NCBI GenBank assembly: GCA_964016885.1
Contig: CAXHJY010000801.1
Coordinates: 1-64,000 of the forward strand
Reading direction: 5' to 3'
From: Eledone cirrhosa
Lineage: Eukaryota
Length of the DNA stretch: 64,000 nucleotides
Of this stretch, positions 44,602-56,689 are shown piece after piece; within the stretch, counting starts at the first letter, position 1; every line of letters starts with the position of its first letter. Under the pieces are notes generated by a model. The model saw nothing but the letters and a program-made list of their open reading frames with translations. It ran no database searches and was not told the DNA's origin. Made by a program: the position numbers and the translations under genes.

Positions 44602-44658
<57 letters not shown>

Positions 44659-44817
44659 GTATATATATATGTATATATATATATATGTATGAAACTATTG
44701 ACCCCCCAGTAGCCTCTGTCTCACAGCATGAAACGCCACATCCTTTCTCTGGCCCAGCAGTCCAATCAACACCACTGCCAACATCTCCATCTCTGCCTAC
44801 TACTACTACTACTACAA

Positions 44818-45564
44818 CATGAAACTATTGACCCCCCAGTAGCCTCTGTATCACAGCATGAAACGCCACATCCTTTTTCTGGCCCAGCAGTCCAATCATC
44901 ACCACTGCCAACATCTCCATCTCTGCCTACTACTACTACAACATTTTTGTCTACTGCTATGTCAAGGAATTTACCTTCTAATACCAGAACAAGAACTCTC
45001 CCTCCCACAGTCCACAAAGGTCGTCAAATCCTACCCAAACCATCATCTACACCTCTCACAACACACACACCCACATACCCACCCACTCGAAACCCCATCA
45101 TTTGCCGCTACTCTCTACGCTATAGAATATGTACGGATAGTGGCTGCAAATTCACCCATTTACCTAGGACAAAACGATCTATCCCAACAAACAGCCACCA
45201 CCATAATACATACTCTAATTTAACACCAACACAACCACCAATAACTCAAACAAGGAATCCACAAATCTGCCGTTTTTCCCTGCGAGACAGATTGTGTTTA
45301 GACCGGGATTGTCCCTTTACCCATCTCTCGGGGACCCGTCGGACAAATGAAAATAAAATTAAAAATAAAAGCAAAAACAAAAACCATAACCTACATAAAA
45401 ATAACCACTACCACAGTCACCAACAGTCTTCTAAACAGGAAACTTCTTCCTCTTTTTTAGCCATAATGAATCTGGCAAAAGAACTGGAAAAAAACATTCG
45501 AGCTATCACCCAGCACCACCCTCCACTATCACCCCACTGCACAAACTCCCATTGCTGCCATTAA
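44818..45564 (+). CDS. LINE ORF1 C-terminal part with two C-x8-C-x4-C-x3-H zinc fingers
   Basis: [19 protein letters not shown] (45103-45159) and [19 protein letters not shown] (45268-45324), Pro/Thr-rich linkers and a basic stretch; stop at 45562-45564. Confidence 0.75.
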   Translation, partial: HETIDPPVASVSQHETPHPFSGPAVQSSPLPTSPSLPTTTTTFLSTAMSRNLPSNTRTRTLPPTVHKGRQILPKPSSTPLTTHTPTYPPTRNPIICRYSLRYRICTDSGCKFTHLPRTKRSIPTNSHHHNTYSNLTPTQPPITQTRNPQICRFSLRDRLCLDRDCPFTHLSGTRRTNENKIKNKSKNKNHNLHKNNHYHSHQQSSKQETSSSFLAIMNLAKELEKNIRAITQHHPPLSPHCTNSHCCH

Positions 45565-48500
45565 CAAACAAACAAATTAACAACACGCCAAGACAATTAA
45601 AACCATCCACTCTCGCCTCTACATTTTTGCTTAACGCCCAAGGCATCAGCCCTTCCACCAATACTCAAAAATGGAAGATCAAATTCCTGGAGGACTGGAT
45701 TGATGTCCATCCAAACCACATCCCTTTCTTCGTCCTCACTGAAACCCATCTCAGTAACCTCCACTTGGAAGCCGAGGTGAAAGTGAAAAATTTCAAAGCC
45801 ATCCGTGCTGATCGCGCTGGCAGAAGAAAGGGCGGAACTGCCATTTATGTCCATAATTCTTTCTCAACAGAGGCTATGAACATATTCACTAATGGATACT
45901 GTGAAGCAGTCACTGTATTCAGTCAAACCAACAACCTATTAGTAGTTGGGCTCTATAGGCCACCCCAAACGCCTGTACCATGCTTCAAGGAATGCCTCAA
46001 CAGCATAAAGTGTTTCATCCAAGAGTGTCACCCTGACAACATCTTAATGATGGGGGACTTCAACCTCCCCGGAGTTGACTGGTCCACAAACAGCCTGCCA
46101 CCAGGTTCTTCTGCCTCAACCTCTGACAGGGAAGCTGTGGAATCGCTTCTTGACTTCATGGATGATTTCTTCCTATCCCAACTAGTGCTCGAACCAACGA
46201 GGTGCCACAAAAACGTCCTAGACTTAATTTTCAGCAATCACACTGACAATATCCACAATATTGCAGTGGAGAAAACTCTACTCTCTGATCATGACATGGT
46301 TCTCTGTGATCTGAGATTCCACCGTCCAATATACAAACCCAATGTCATCTCTCCTGTCCATCCGTTTGACGCTATGGATTTCCACAATGCAAACTGGGAA
46401 GCGATCAGTCATGATCTTGCACATGTCGACTGGTCCTTCACGCACACTCATACACCCACTAACATCAAAAAGTCCTGGCAGACATTTGTGGACACTGTTA
46501 CAAACATATGTGCTAAACACACCCCATTAAGAACTATAAACAAATCTAAGAGCAGAATCCCTAGAAATAGAAAAACGCTCATCAGAAAAATTAAGAGAAC
46601 GAACAAAAAAATCAACAAGCTGAAATACTGTCAGCAGCAACACATCAACTTGACTGCCATTTCATCACTAGAGATTAAAAAACATAACCTCCAAAACAAC
46701 ATAATGTCCCTCATCCACAATCAGAGAAGAGCTGAAGAAGCCTGGGCCATTGAGAAGATCAAACTCAATCCCAAAGTGTTCTTTTCATTTGCAAAAAAAC
46801 ACAAAATCACTGGCTCTACTGTTGGCCCTCTAATTGATGAAAATGGCACTCTTCAAGACAATGCCAAAACCATGGGTGAGATACTGCAGAAACAATACTG
46901 CTCTGTTTTCAGCAATCCTGATATGGCCGATCTGGGCTGTATCGGCGATGTTACTCCCCATTACACCTTATCGGACATAACGTTTGGCGCCCCTGATGTG
47001 TTGGCGGCAATAAAGGAAATCAAGCATAATTCAGCAGTAGGTCCCGATAGGTTCCCTGCTTGTGTCTTGAAGGCGTGTCAACACCAACTTGCATCTCCTC
47101 TTGCCAATCTGTGGCGGAACTCACTGGATGCTGGATATGTGCCAGAAAACCTTCTATCCCAGTCTGTTGTCCCAGTTTTCAAAAAGGGAAACAAATCCCT
47201 TGCCGTGAATTACCGTCCAATCTCACTCACCTCTCATATCATTAAGGTATTTGAGCGAGTGGTGAGATCGCGAATGACCCACTTCCTTGAGAGTAACAAT
47301 ATGCTGAACTCCAACCAGCATGGATTCCGTAATGGAAGGGATTGCCTGACGCAGCTACTGCATCACTTTGATGACATTTTGAGAGCCTTGGGAGAGGGTT
47401 CCAACACTGATGTTATCTACCTTGATTTCAGCAAGGCCTTTGACAGGGTTGATCATAACATTCTACTGAGAAAGCTGTCCAATATTGGTGTCACTGGAAA
47501 GCTGCTGCAGTGGATCAAGAGCTTCCTGTCAAACAGAACCCAACATGTTGTAGTTGAGGGAGTCAAATCAAGCCCAGCCAAAGTCAGTAGTGGGGTCCCA
47601 CAAGGCACTGTGTTGGGCCCACTTCTCTTCATCATCTATATTAATGACATCACTGACATCATCAAACACAGCAACATTAAAATTTTCGCTGATGATTCCA
47701 AGCTCCAAAAGGTCATCAATGGCGTGGATGACCGGATAAGCCTTCAGTCAGACCTACTGGCTGTTACCGAATGGGCAGAAAAGAACAACATGTTACTGAA
47801 CGAAGACAAATTCGAACTGATCCACTTTGGAAAAGAGGATGCTCTGAAACTCCCGTACTCCCTTCCCTCCGGGGAAACTCTCGTGGCATCTAACAACATC
47901 AGAGACTTGGGAGTAACCGTGGACAGCAACATAAGCTGGACCACGCATATAAGCAGCAAAGTTGACATGGCCCGCAGAATGTGTTCCTGGATCCTCAGAA
48001 CCTTCCAGTCGAGAGATTCCCGCACCATTATCCTTCTCTTCTCTACTTTCGCCCGATCACACCTTGAATACTGTTGTCCACTGTGGTCTCCCCACACGAA
48101 ACAAAGTATCATGAAACTTGAAGCTCCTCAAAGGGCAATCACGAAAAAGATAGATGGCATGTCAGACCTTGACTACTGGGGTCGATTAGAAAACCTAAAA
48201 CTTTACTCACTCCAACGTCGCCGTGAGCGTTATATTATCTGCATGATGTGGAAAATGTTCCATCATCACTGCCCAAATGATGTTGGCATCGCCTTCAAGA
48301 TACACCCAAGGCTTGGGCCCCGTGCTATACGTCCCATTCAAAAATCTAAATCGCAACTCATAACAACAATACGGCACAATTATTTCACCTCAATCGGCCC
48401 TGCTCTCTTCAACATCACACCAGGACACGTCAAAACAGAAACTGACCACACAAAATTCAAGAAGTCTTTGGACAAATTCCTCCAAGTAATCCCGGACAAA

Positions 48501-48572
48501 CCACCCACACCCGGATATGTCTCCGCAAACAGTAATTCTCTTCTCGAATGGGCCATGGTGCCCAAATCCTGA
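45552..48572 (+). CDS. LINE ORF2: AP-like endonuclease + reverse transcriptase (1006 aa from TTG; frame open from 45435)
   Basis: APE motifs LNAQG, LTETHL, GLYRPP, MGDFNLP, LDLIF, SDHDMV. RT motifs [45 protein letters not shown]1-type C-terminus [16 protein letters not shown]. No stops. Confidence 0.96.
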   Translation: MLPLTNKQINNTPRQLKPSTLASTFLLNAQGISPSTNTQKWKIKFLEDWIDVHPNHIPFFVLTETHLSNLHLEAEVKVKNFKAIRADRAGRRKGGTAIYVHNSFSTEAMNIFTNGYCEAVTVFSQTNNLLVVGLYRPPQTPVPCFKECLNSIKCFIQECHPDNILMMGDFNLPGVDWSTNSLPPGSSASTSDREAVESLLDFMDDFFLSQLVLEPTRCHKNVLDLIFSNHTDNIHNIAVEKTLLSDHDMVLCDLRFHRPIYKPNVISPVHPFDAMDFHNANWEAISHDLAHVDWSFTHTHTPTNIKKSWQTFVDTVTNICAKHTPLRTINKSKSRIPRNRKTLIRKIKRTNKKINKLKYCQQQHINLTAISSLEIKKHNLQNNIMSLIHNQRRAEEAWAIEKIKLNPKVFFSFAKKHKITGSTVGPLIDENGTLQDNAKTMGEILQKQYCSVFSNPDMADLGCIGDVTPHYTLSDITFGAPDVLAAIKEIKHNSAVGPDRFPACVLKACQHQLASPLANLWRNSLDAGYVPENLLSQSVVPVFKKGNKSLAVNYRPISLTSHIIKVFERVVRSRMTHFLESNNMLNSNQHGFRNGRDCLTQLLHHFDDILRALGEGSNTDVIYLDFSKAFDRVDHNILLRKLSNIGVTGKLLQWIKSFLSNRTQHVVVEGVKSSPAKVSSGVPQGTVLGPLLFIIYINDITDIIKHSNIKIFADDSKLQKVINGVDDRISLQSDLLAVTEWAEKNNMLLNEDKFELIHFGKEDALKLPYSLPSGETLVASNNIRDLGVTVDSNISWTTHISSKVDMARRMCSWILRTFQSRDSRTIILLFSTFARSHLEYCCPLWSPHTKQSIMKLEAPQRAITKKIDGMSDLDYWGRLENLKLYSLQRRRERYIICMMWKMFHHHCPNDVGIAFKIHPRLGPRAIRPIQKSKSQLITTIRHNYFTSIGPALFNITPGHVKTETDHTKFKKSLDKFLQVIPDKPPTPGYVSANSNSLLEWAMVPKS

Positions 48573-48660
48573 ATTGAAAGACTTCGCCAGGTGGTGCTAT
48601 TAAGTTAGACATGGCCTGGACCAATACTGGCCAAAACATTTCAAAGTTATTCAAAGTTAT

Positions 48661-48693
48661 ATGTATATATATATATATGTATATATATATATG

Positions 48694-48792
<99 letters not shown>

Positions 48793-48905
48793 GTATATAT
48801 ATATATATATATGTATATATATGTATATATATATGTATATATATGTATATATATATGTATATATATGTATATATATATGTATATATATGTATATATATGT
48901 ATATA

Positions 48906-48946
<41 letters not shown>

Positions 48947-49329
48947 GTATATATATATGTATATATATGTATATATATATGTATATATATGTATATATAT
49001 GTATATATATATGTATATATATGTATATATATATGTATATATATGTATATATATGTATATATATATGTATATATATGTATATATATATGTATATATATGT
49101 ATATATGTATATATATGTATATATATGTATATATGTATATATATGTATATATATGTATATATGTATATATATGTATATATGTATATATATATGTATATAT
49201 ATATATGTATATATATATTTATATATATATATGTATATATATATGTATATATATATATGTATATATATATTTATATATATATATATCTATATATATATTT
49301 ATATATATATATATGTATATATATATATT

Positions 49330-49360
<31 letters not shown>

Positions 49361-49419
49361 TTATATATATATATATCTATATATATATTTATATATATAT
49401 ATATGTATATATATATATT

Positions 49420-49450
<31 letters not shown>

Positions 49451-49737
49451 TTATATATATATATATGTATATATATATTTATATATATATATATGTATAT
49501 ATATATTTATATATATATATATGTATATATATATATTTATATATATATATATGTATATATATATATTTATATATATATATATGTATATATATATATTTAT
49601 ATACATATATATGTATATATATATATTTATATACATATATATGTATATATATATATTTATATATGTATATATATATGTATATATATATATATTTATATAT
49701 GTATATATATATGTATATATATATATATTTATATATG

Positions 49738-49768
<31 letters not shown>

Positions 49769-49775
49769 ATATAAA
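48661..49775. repeat. (TA)n/(TATG)/(TTTA) array
   Basis: Direct reading. Confidence 0.95.
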
Positions 49776-49942
49776 CTGTAATATAATTTGTGTGTGAATT
49801 AGTATGTGTGCAATGTATATATATGTTTGTATGTGTGGACAGCGCATGTAAGTTTCTCTATATATATATTTACCCACCTGCGCATTACGTCGAGTGCTTT
49901 AAACTGCATACAGAGTGTGGTAAGCAACGAACACTTACTAAA

Positions 49943-49985
<43 letters not shown>

Positions 49986-50318
49986 ATTATATATATATAT
50001 TATATATATATATTATATATATATATTTGTGTGTGCATGTATGTGTTTGTGTGTATATATATGTGTGTGCGTATATAGATATATGTGCGTCTGCTTGAAT
50101 GAGGATGCGCCTGTGCTGAGGTTTTCTTTAATGCGAGTGTGGTGTGCTCGAGTCGTGCATTTGTTGCATTCAATCCGGTATACCCCATGTGTCCGCTGCC
50201 ACATAACTGTATCGCGAATAGAGGGATAGCGCTGTTAGTAAGCGAGCATTGATTGTTGTTGTCTCTGGATTGGTTTTGAGGCAGGCAACCACGCAGTGAA
50301 GGGCCGGAGTGTGTTAGG

Positions 50319-50692
50319 TTTTGGCCAGTATTGGCTGGGCCAGGCCATGTCTAATTTAATAGCACCACCTGGCGAAATCTTTCAAATCAGGATTCGGACA
50401 ACATAGCCCACTCAAGTTGAGGGTTATTGTTTATGGAGACATATACGTGTGTAGGAGGTTTATCCAGGATTTCGTGAAGGAATATGTCCAAAGAATTCTT
50501 GACATTTATGGGGTCTGTTTCCGTTTTAATGTGTTTTAGTGTAATGTTAAAGAGAACGCGGCCAATTGAGGTGAAATTATTGTGCCGTATTGTTGCCATG
50601 AGATGCGAGTGTGATTTTTGTTGAGGGCGGAAACCCCTGGCCCCAGCCTTAGCTGTACTTTAAAGGTGATACCGACATCATTTGGACAATGC
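50319..50692 (-). mobile_element. Diverged 3' fragment of the same CR1-group family, inverted
   Basis: Translates [33 protein letters not shown]; shares the 3' UTR GCCAGGTGGTGCTAT...AGACATGGCCTGG...CCAATACTGGCCAAAAC. Confidence 0.92.
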
Positions 50693-51001
50693 TGTATGTC
50701 CACTCTTTCTTTGGGCATTGCTCTGCGGATAGCTGTGGTTATGCTGTCACATGCATACATATATCATATATGCCTGCCCTGCATATTTACATACATACAC
50801 ATTTAATGTATGTATGTATGTATAACTATACACATACATATAGGCAGGGAAGTTGAAGTTTTAACGGAAATATAGTAAATATGACTGTAGTATCCAGAGG
50901 AAAACACACTCATTATCTCACGTAAATACATATTGTCTTGCACACACACACACACACCATGCACTACACGTACATACACATTAAAAATGAAACACACACA
51001 C

Positions 51002-51043
<42 letters not shown>

Positions 51044-51616
51044 TATATATATATATACTTAAATGTATAAATATATATATATGTGTATATACTTACTGAC
51101 AAGTAACAACATATATATATATATACTTAAATGTATAAATATATATATATATGTGTATATACTTACTGACAAGTAACAACATATATACACGTATATCCAT
51201 ACACACACACTCATATTTACACACACACACACACAGACACACACATATATATATATGTATATATATACTTACTCATAGGTAACTGTGTGTATAAATATAT
51301 TTATACATACTCACAGGTGTCTATATATACACGAATGCCCTCATACACACTTACCCAACATTTACATAAACACACAACACACAACACAACGCACATAACA
51401 TACATATATATGTAAATATCATAAATCAATAAGTAAAATTCATTTATTTTCCATGCTTTCCTCAAATGTTTCTTAATTTAATACATAAATCTAGTAATTT
51501 AAATTTAAATTTAGAATTAAAACTCATAACGCGACGTTGTCAGTGAATTCATAAAGTACATTTTCCTCGCAAATCATTTTACATCTTTCGTCGTGTGTGT
51601 GTGTGGGTGTGTGTGG

Positions 51617-51687
<71 letters not shown>

Positions 51688-51976
51688 CGCATATCTAATT
51701 ACGTCTGTGTATCTTTTTGTTTGTGTATATGTATCTGTGTTTGTGTTTGTATGTTTGTTCGTGTGTAAGTATGTATATATGTACGTATATATGTTTGTAT
51801 GTATGTGTGTATGTGTGTGTTTGTGTGTATGCATGTATGTGTTAGATGCGTAGGCATGTATACATATATATGCGTGCGTGTGTGTGTGTTATATAAATGC
51901 ATGTGTATGTGCATGCATGTGTGTGTGCATGCATATGTAAGTGTATCGTTAAATATTTATATGTATATATATATAC

Positions 51977-52018
<42 letters not shown>

Positions 52019-52451
52019 TATATATACATACGTATATGTATTTTTCTGTGTAAATATATATATACATACGTGCCTATATTCAAAGATAAACACATGCACA
52101 CACACACACCCATATATCTATTCATAGTGAGGGAGAGATAGATGGATAGACAAATAGATCGATATATTGTGGAACACATGCACAGAACTCCAGGAAGCTA
52201 AGCATTACAATTTTAATACATATGAATTGGATACTTCATCAATGAGAGCCCCTGGGGCTAAAAATGTAATCGAGGCTATGTCTTTGTGTCTATCTGAATT
52301 AAACTTATGAAAGCAAGGAAGTTCAAATATACCATATAAAGAAAATATAAATATAGATTATTGACTTTAAATCAGCCAGTGTTTCATTCAGCTGTTTCGG
52401 TAGATTTTCACGTCATCAGCCACTGTTGCTCTCAAGATACGTTTAGCTACT

Positions 52452-53057
52452 CTTGGCCCCAGGGCTACCTCCCTACTTACCACCATAGGCACTGAGCTGG
52501 CTACTCCTAGCAGTGGAGACTTCTGGTGTCCTTGGCCCTAGGGCTACCTCTCGACTAACCACCATAGGCACTGAGCTGGCTACTCCTAGCAGTGGAGACT
52601 TCTGGTGTCCTTGGCCCTAGGGCTACCCCCCCTACTTGCCACCATAGGCACTGAGCTGGCTACTCCCAGCAGTGGAAACTTCTGGTCTCCTTGGCCCTAG
52701 GGCTACCTCCCTACTTACCACCATAGGCACTGAGCTGGCTACTCCTAGCAATGGAGACTTCTGGTGTCCTTGGCCCCAGGTCTGCCTCCCTATTTACCAC
52801 CATAGGCACTGAGCTGGCTACTCCTAGCAGTGGAGACTTCTGGTGTCCTTGGCCCTAGGGCTACCCCCCCTACTTGCCACCATAGGCACTGAGCTGGCTA
52901 CTCCCAGCAGTGGAAACTTCTGGTCTCCTTGGCCCTAGGGCTACCTCCCTACTTACCACCATAGGCACTGAGCTGGCTACTCCTAGCAATGGAGACTTCT
53001 GGTGTCCTTGGCCCCAGGTCTGCCTCCCTATTTACCACCATAGGCGCTGAGCTGGAC
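52452..53057. repeat. 79-bp GC-rich minisatellite, about 7.6 units, with a 3-unit higher-order duplication
   Basis: Unit CTTGGCCCTAGGGCTACCTCCCTACTTACCACCATAGGCACTGAGCTGGCTACTCCTAGCAGTGGAGACTTCTGGTGTC. Confidence 0.95.
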
Positions 53058-53189
53058 AGCCGGAGGTGTGAGTGTTATTTTTTCCATAAACTAAATGTAT
53101 TCAATATATAGTGAATGCATAGTGAATAATGAGGTCCCGAGTTCGATTTCTCTGCGTGGCAGATTAGCCAGCTGTAGTTAAGCTCGTAC

Positions 53190-54423
53190 AGGCGGTAAAT
53201 TGGCAGCTCCGTTAGACTGTCCGATAAACTGCTTTGCATTTTCGTATCGGCCTTCTGATCTCTGAGTACAAGTCCCGCCGGGGTCAACTTTAGCTTTCAT
53301 CTTTTCTAGGTCAGAAAATAGTTGTGTACACTTTTGTCACAAGGCCAGCAATTACCCCAGCATGTTACTGGTACTTCATGTTATCGACCCTGTAAAGATG
53401 AATGGTTACGTTAACCTCGGCAGGATTTGAACTCAGATCGTAAAGGGCCGTAACAAATCATGGCGTCCGATCGTCTACCGATACTGCTAATCAAGAAATA
53501 GTACCAGTCAAATACTGAGGACGGTTCTTACTCGATGTCTTTTTTTTCACGTCCATCCTCTTATTGTCTATTCTTCTCTGGAAGAAATGGTCTGCATTCG
53601 AAACTGGAGAGGGGATGGGCTGCCCCAGGGTTTTAAAAATGCCCTAGAAACGCCGTATGTCATTACTGCCACGACTCCCTCAGGAGTCACGGGTCCATAC
53701 ATTATAATTTGGTGGATTGACCGTATTGGTAGAGGGTCGGACGCCATGCTTTGTAGCATAGAGTTATGCCTCTTTACGGTCTGATTTCAAATTCCGTGGA
53801 TTGTCCGTATTGGTAGAGGTTCGGTCGCCATGCTTTGTAGCATAGAGTTATGCCCCTTTACGGTCTGATTTCAAATTCCGTGGATTGACCGTATTGGTAG
53901 AGGGTCGGACGCCATGCTTTGCAGCATAGAGTTATGCCCCTTTACGGTCTGATTTCAAATTCCGCCGAGGTTAACTTCGCCTTTCATTTTTACGGGGTTG
54001 ATAAACTAAAGTACCAGTAATATACTGGGATAATTGCTGGGCTTGTGCCAAAAGTAGAAACAATTATAATTTGGTCTCCGCATCGCAATTAATTCGGCGA
54101 GTCAAATCTTTGGAGTGGAGTTGTTTTGGCAGACACAGCGTGGAAGCCCGTCGGTTGATTATTGCTTGTAATTCACAGGATATTCAGGCCACACCACTAC
54201 ATTCATAATGGCTTCTTATTTAGGCACAAGGCCAGCAATTTGGAAGCGGGGAGGGAAAAGTCGATGAAATTGACCCCAGTGCGTGACTGGTACTTTATTT
54301 TATCGACCCCGTAAAGATGAAAGGCAAAGTTAACCTCGGCGGGATTTGAACTCAGATCATAAAGGGCCGTAACTCTATGCGGCAAAGCATGGCATCCGAC
54401 CCTCTACCGATATTGCCAATCCC
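53190..54423. mobile_element. SINE cluster: old + copy (53190-53320), - copy (53325-53492), + copy with triplicated 84-bp head (53711-54066), - longer variant (54212-54423)
   Basis: Shared head, core and tail motifs on both strands. Confidence 0.82.
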
Positions 54424-54479
54424 ACATTCATACTAACTACCAACGTCACCTCCGCCATCTTTTTTTTTATTCCTCTCCC

Positions 54480-54885
54480 ACCATGACCATCGCCATCAAC
54501 ACTTCCAGCATTTCCCCTATTACTTTCACCACCAACACAACTACCATTGTTATCATTCTCATCAAAAAATCACCATCACCACCATCATCACCATCATCAC
54601 CACCATCATCATCATCACCACCACCATCATCACCATCATCACCATCATCATCGTCATCACCATCATCATCACCACCACCACCACCGCCGCCACCATCACC
54701 ACCACCACCAACATCATCACCACCACCACCACCACCATCATCATCACCAGCACCATAATCATCATCATCACATATCGCCGTTGTAATCATCACCATCATC
54801 ATCACCACCACCACCACCACCGCCACCAGCACCATCATCATCACATATCGCCGTTGTAATCATCACCAGCGTCGTCATCATCATA
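54480..54885. repeat. (CAC/CAT)n trinucleotide tract
   Basis: Direct reading; the poly-His ORF is an artefact. Confidence 0.93.
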
Positions 54886-55008
54886 CAGTATCTCTCTTCT
54901 TAATGACAATTAATGAATGAAGCATGGAAGGTGTTGATAATTAAAAGTGATGCGTAATGAAGTCGTCCTTCTGAAGTGACAGCTGAAGTTGTCAACGTGT
55001 CACGCCGC

Positions 55009-55462
55009 TCTCGAACCTGTGTATTATTAACTCACCGACTAACACACAGCAATACAAACCTCTCTACTCTGCTTGTTGAGGGATTGTTGATGAGAGGGGT
55101 GAATTGAAGGGAGAGGAGGGGGGATAAAAAAAGGGGTAGAAGTGGAGGAGAGGGGGATATAAGAAGGGGTGGAGGAAGTGGTGTGACAAGACAGTCAATT
55201 TGGTTTGGTTTTTTAAAGAAGTTAAACGCCTTTGTCACGTCTCGAACCTGTGTGTTATTAACTCACCGACTAACACACAGCAATACAAACCTCTCTACTC
55301 TGCTTGTTGAGGGATTGTTGATGAGTGGGGTGAATTGAAGGGAGAGGAGGGGGATGAAAAAAAAGGGGTAGAAGTGGAGGAGAGGGGGATATGAGAAGGG
55401 GTGGAGGAAGTGGTGTGACAAGACAGTCAATTTGGTTTGGTTTTAAACGCCTTTGTCACGTC
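55009..55462. repeat. About 230-bp tandem duplication of unique sequence
   Basis: CTCGAACCTGTG...CGCCTTTGTCACGT occurs twice with few differences. Confidence 0.9.
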
Positions 55463-55482
55463 AAAGCAACATTGTAAGAGGA

Positions 55483-55835
55483 AGGCAGTATCGGTAGAGG
55501 GTCTGACGCCATGCTTTGCAGCATAGAGTTACGGCCCTTTCCATTCTGAGTTCAAATCCCGCCGAGGTTAACGTTGCCTTTCATCCTTACGGGGTCGATA
55601 AAATAAAGTACCAGTAATGCACTGGGTAATTGCTGGCCTTGTGCCTAAAGTAGAAACAATTATTTTACATAGGGTCGGACGCCATGCTTTGACGCATAGA
55701 GTTACGGCCCTTGCCATTCTGAGTTCAAATCCCGCCGAGGTTGACTTTGCCTTTCATCCTTACGGGATCGATAAAATAAAGTACCAGTAATGCACTGGGT
55801 ATTTGCTGGCCTTGTGCCTAAAGTAGAAACAATTA
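55483..55835 (+). mobile_element. Two tandem tRNA-SINE copies
   Basis: 55483-55662 and 55670-55835. Confidence 0.88.
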
Positions 55836-55939
55836 TCGATCTATCCAATAGAGAAAGATATCTATCTCTCTCGCTCTCTCCCTCTCACTCTCCCTCTCAC
55901 CCTCTCTCTCTATATATATATAGAGAGAGAGAGTGAGAT

Positions 55940-56045
55940 AATTATTTCTACTTTTGGCACAAGGCCATTAATTATACCAATGCATTAGTACCAGTAATGC
56001 TTTGGTTTAATTGCTGGCCTTGTGCCAAAAGTAGAAAGAATTATC
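55940..56045. repeat. Palindrome made of two opposed SINE 3' ends
   Basis: TTCTACTTTTGGCACAAGGCCA...GCATTA-GTACCAG-TAATGC...TGGCCTTGTGCCAAAAGTAGAA. Confidence 0.85.
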
Positions 56046-56059
56046 TCTCTACCAAACTA

Positions 56060-56125
<66 letters not shown>

Positions 56126-56128
56126 AAT

Positions 56129-56315
56129 ATAGGATAAGGTTTGACCTGGAGGCAGAGTTCAAGCCGTTTCTGGAAATAGTCCAGAAATAGCCGTCGAAAC
56201 GGCTTGAGCTCTGCCGTCGGGGTCAAACCTTTTCCTATTACCCACTCTACTACCCTAAGTATTGAGTACTCTGGTGCGTTATGGTCCATCTGGTTCCTTA
56301 CCACACCACCTTAGT
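56129..56315 (+). mobile_element. Second fold-back element family with the 3' half of a hammerhead (Penelope-like terminal repeat relic)
   Basis: Inverted arms 56129-56170 / 56196-56238; GAAAC-GGC-TTGAGCTCT-GCC-GTC; the tail contains GTATTGAGTAC as in the 2.6-kb and 14-kb elements. Confidence 0.6.
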
Positions 56316-56498
56316 TATATATATATATATATATAATAAAAAGATAGATATATTTCTTTATTAGCCACAGGGGCACAACAGAAGAGGACAAATACAAAGG
56401 GGGAAGTTTACATACAATAAAAACGTGTAAAATGTTATCACAAATGGAATTTAAAAAGTTAGATAGATAGATAAGTAGATATGTGTGTGTACATATAT

Positions 56499-56539
<41 letters not shown>

Positions 56540-56689
56540 CAGGTCGCGCCGAAGTACTACTGGCAAAATGTAAGCCAGTACAACCTGTCATACGCTCGGG
56601 GTGGTCGGCCATGAAACCGAGAGACGGCGTTTGATTTAAGTGGTTACATACATTTCTAAAATCAGACAACATTATCGGGATCGTCAATA

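Larger units (their letters stand above)
44689..48660 (+). mobile_element. CR1-group LINE, 5' truncated within ORF1, inserted in (TA)n
   Basis: Partial ORF1, intact ORF2, short 3' UTR ending in (TCAAAGTTAT)x2; microsatellite on both sides. Confidence 0.92.

Noticed and set aside
45597-48654. Short antisense and alternative-frame ORFs within LINE ORF2
   Set aside because: Shadow ORFs of the RT gene, with no independent motifs.
54547-54786. Poly-His ORF; also poly-Ser/Gly (22122-22688), poly-Thr (42465-43073) and poly-Asn (29735) ORFs
   Set aside because: Trinucleotide microsatellites with no flanking coding context.
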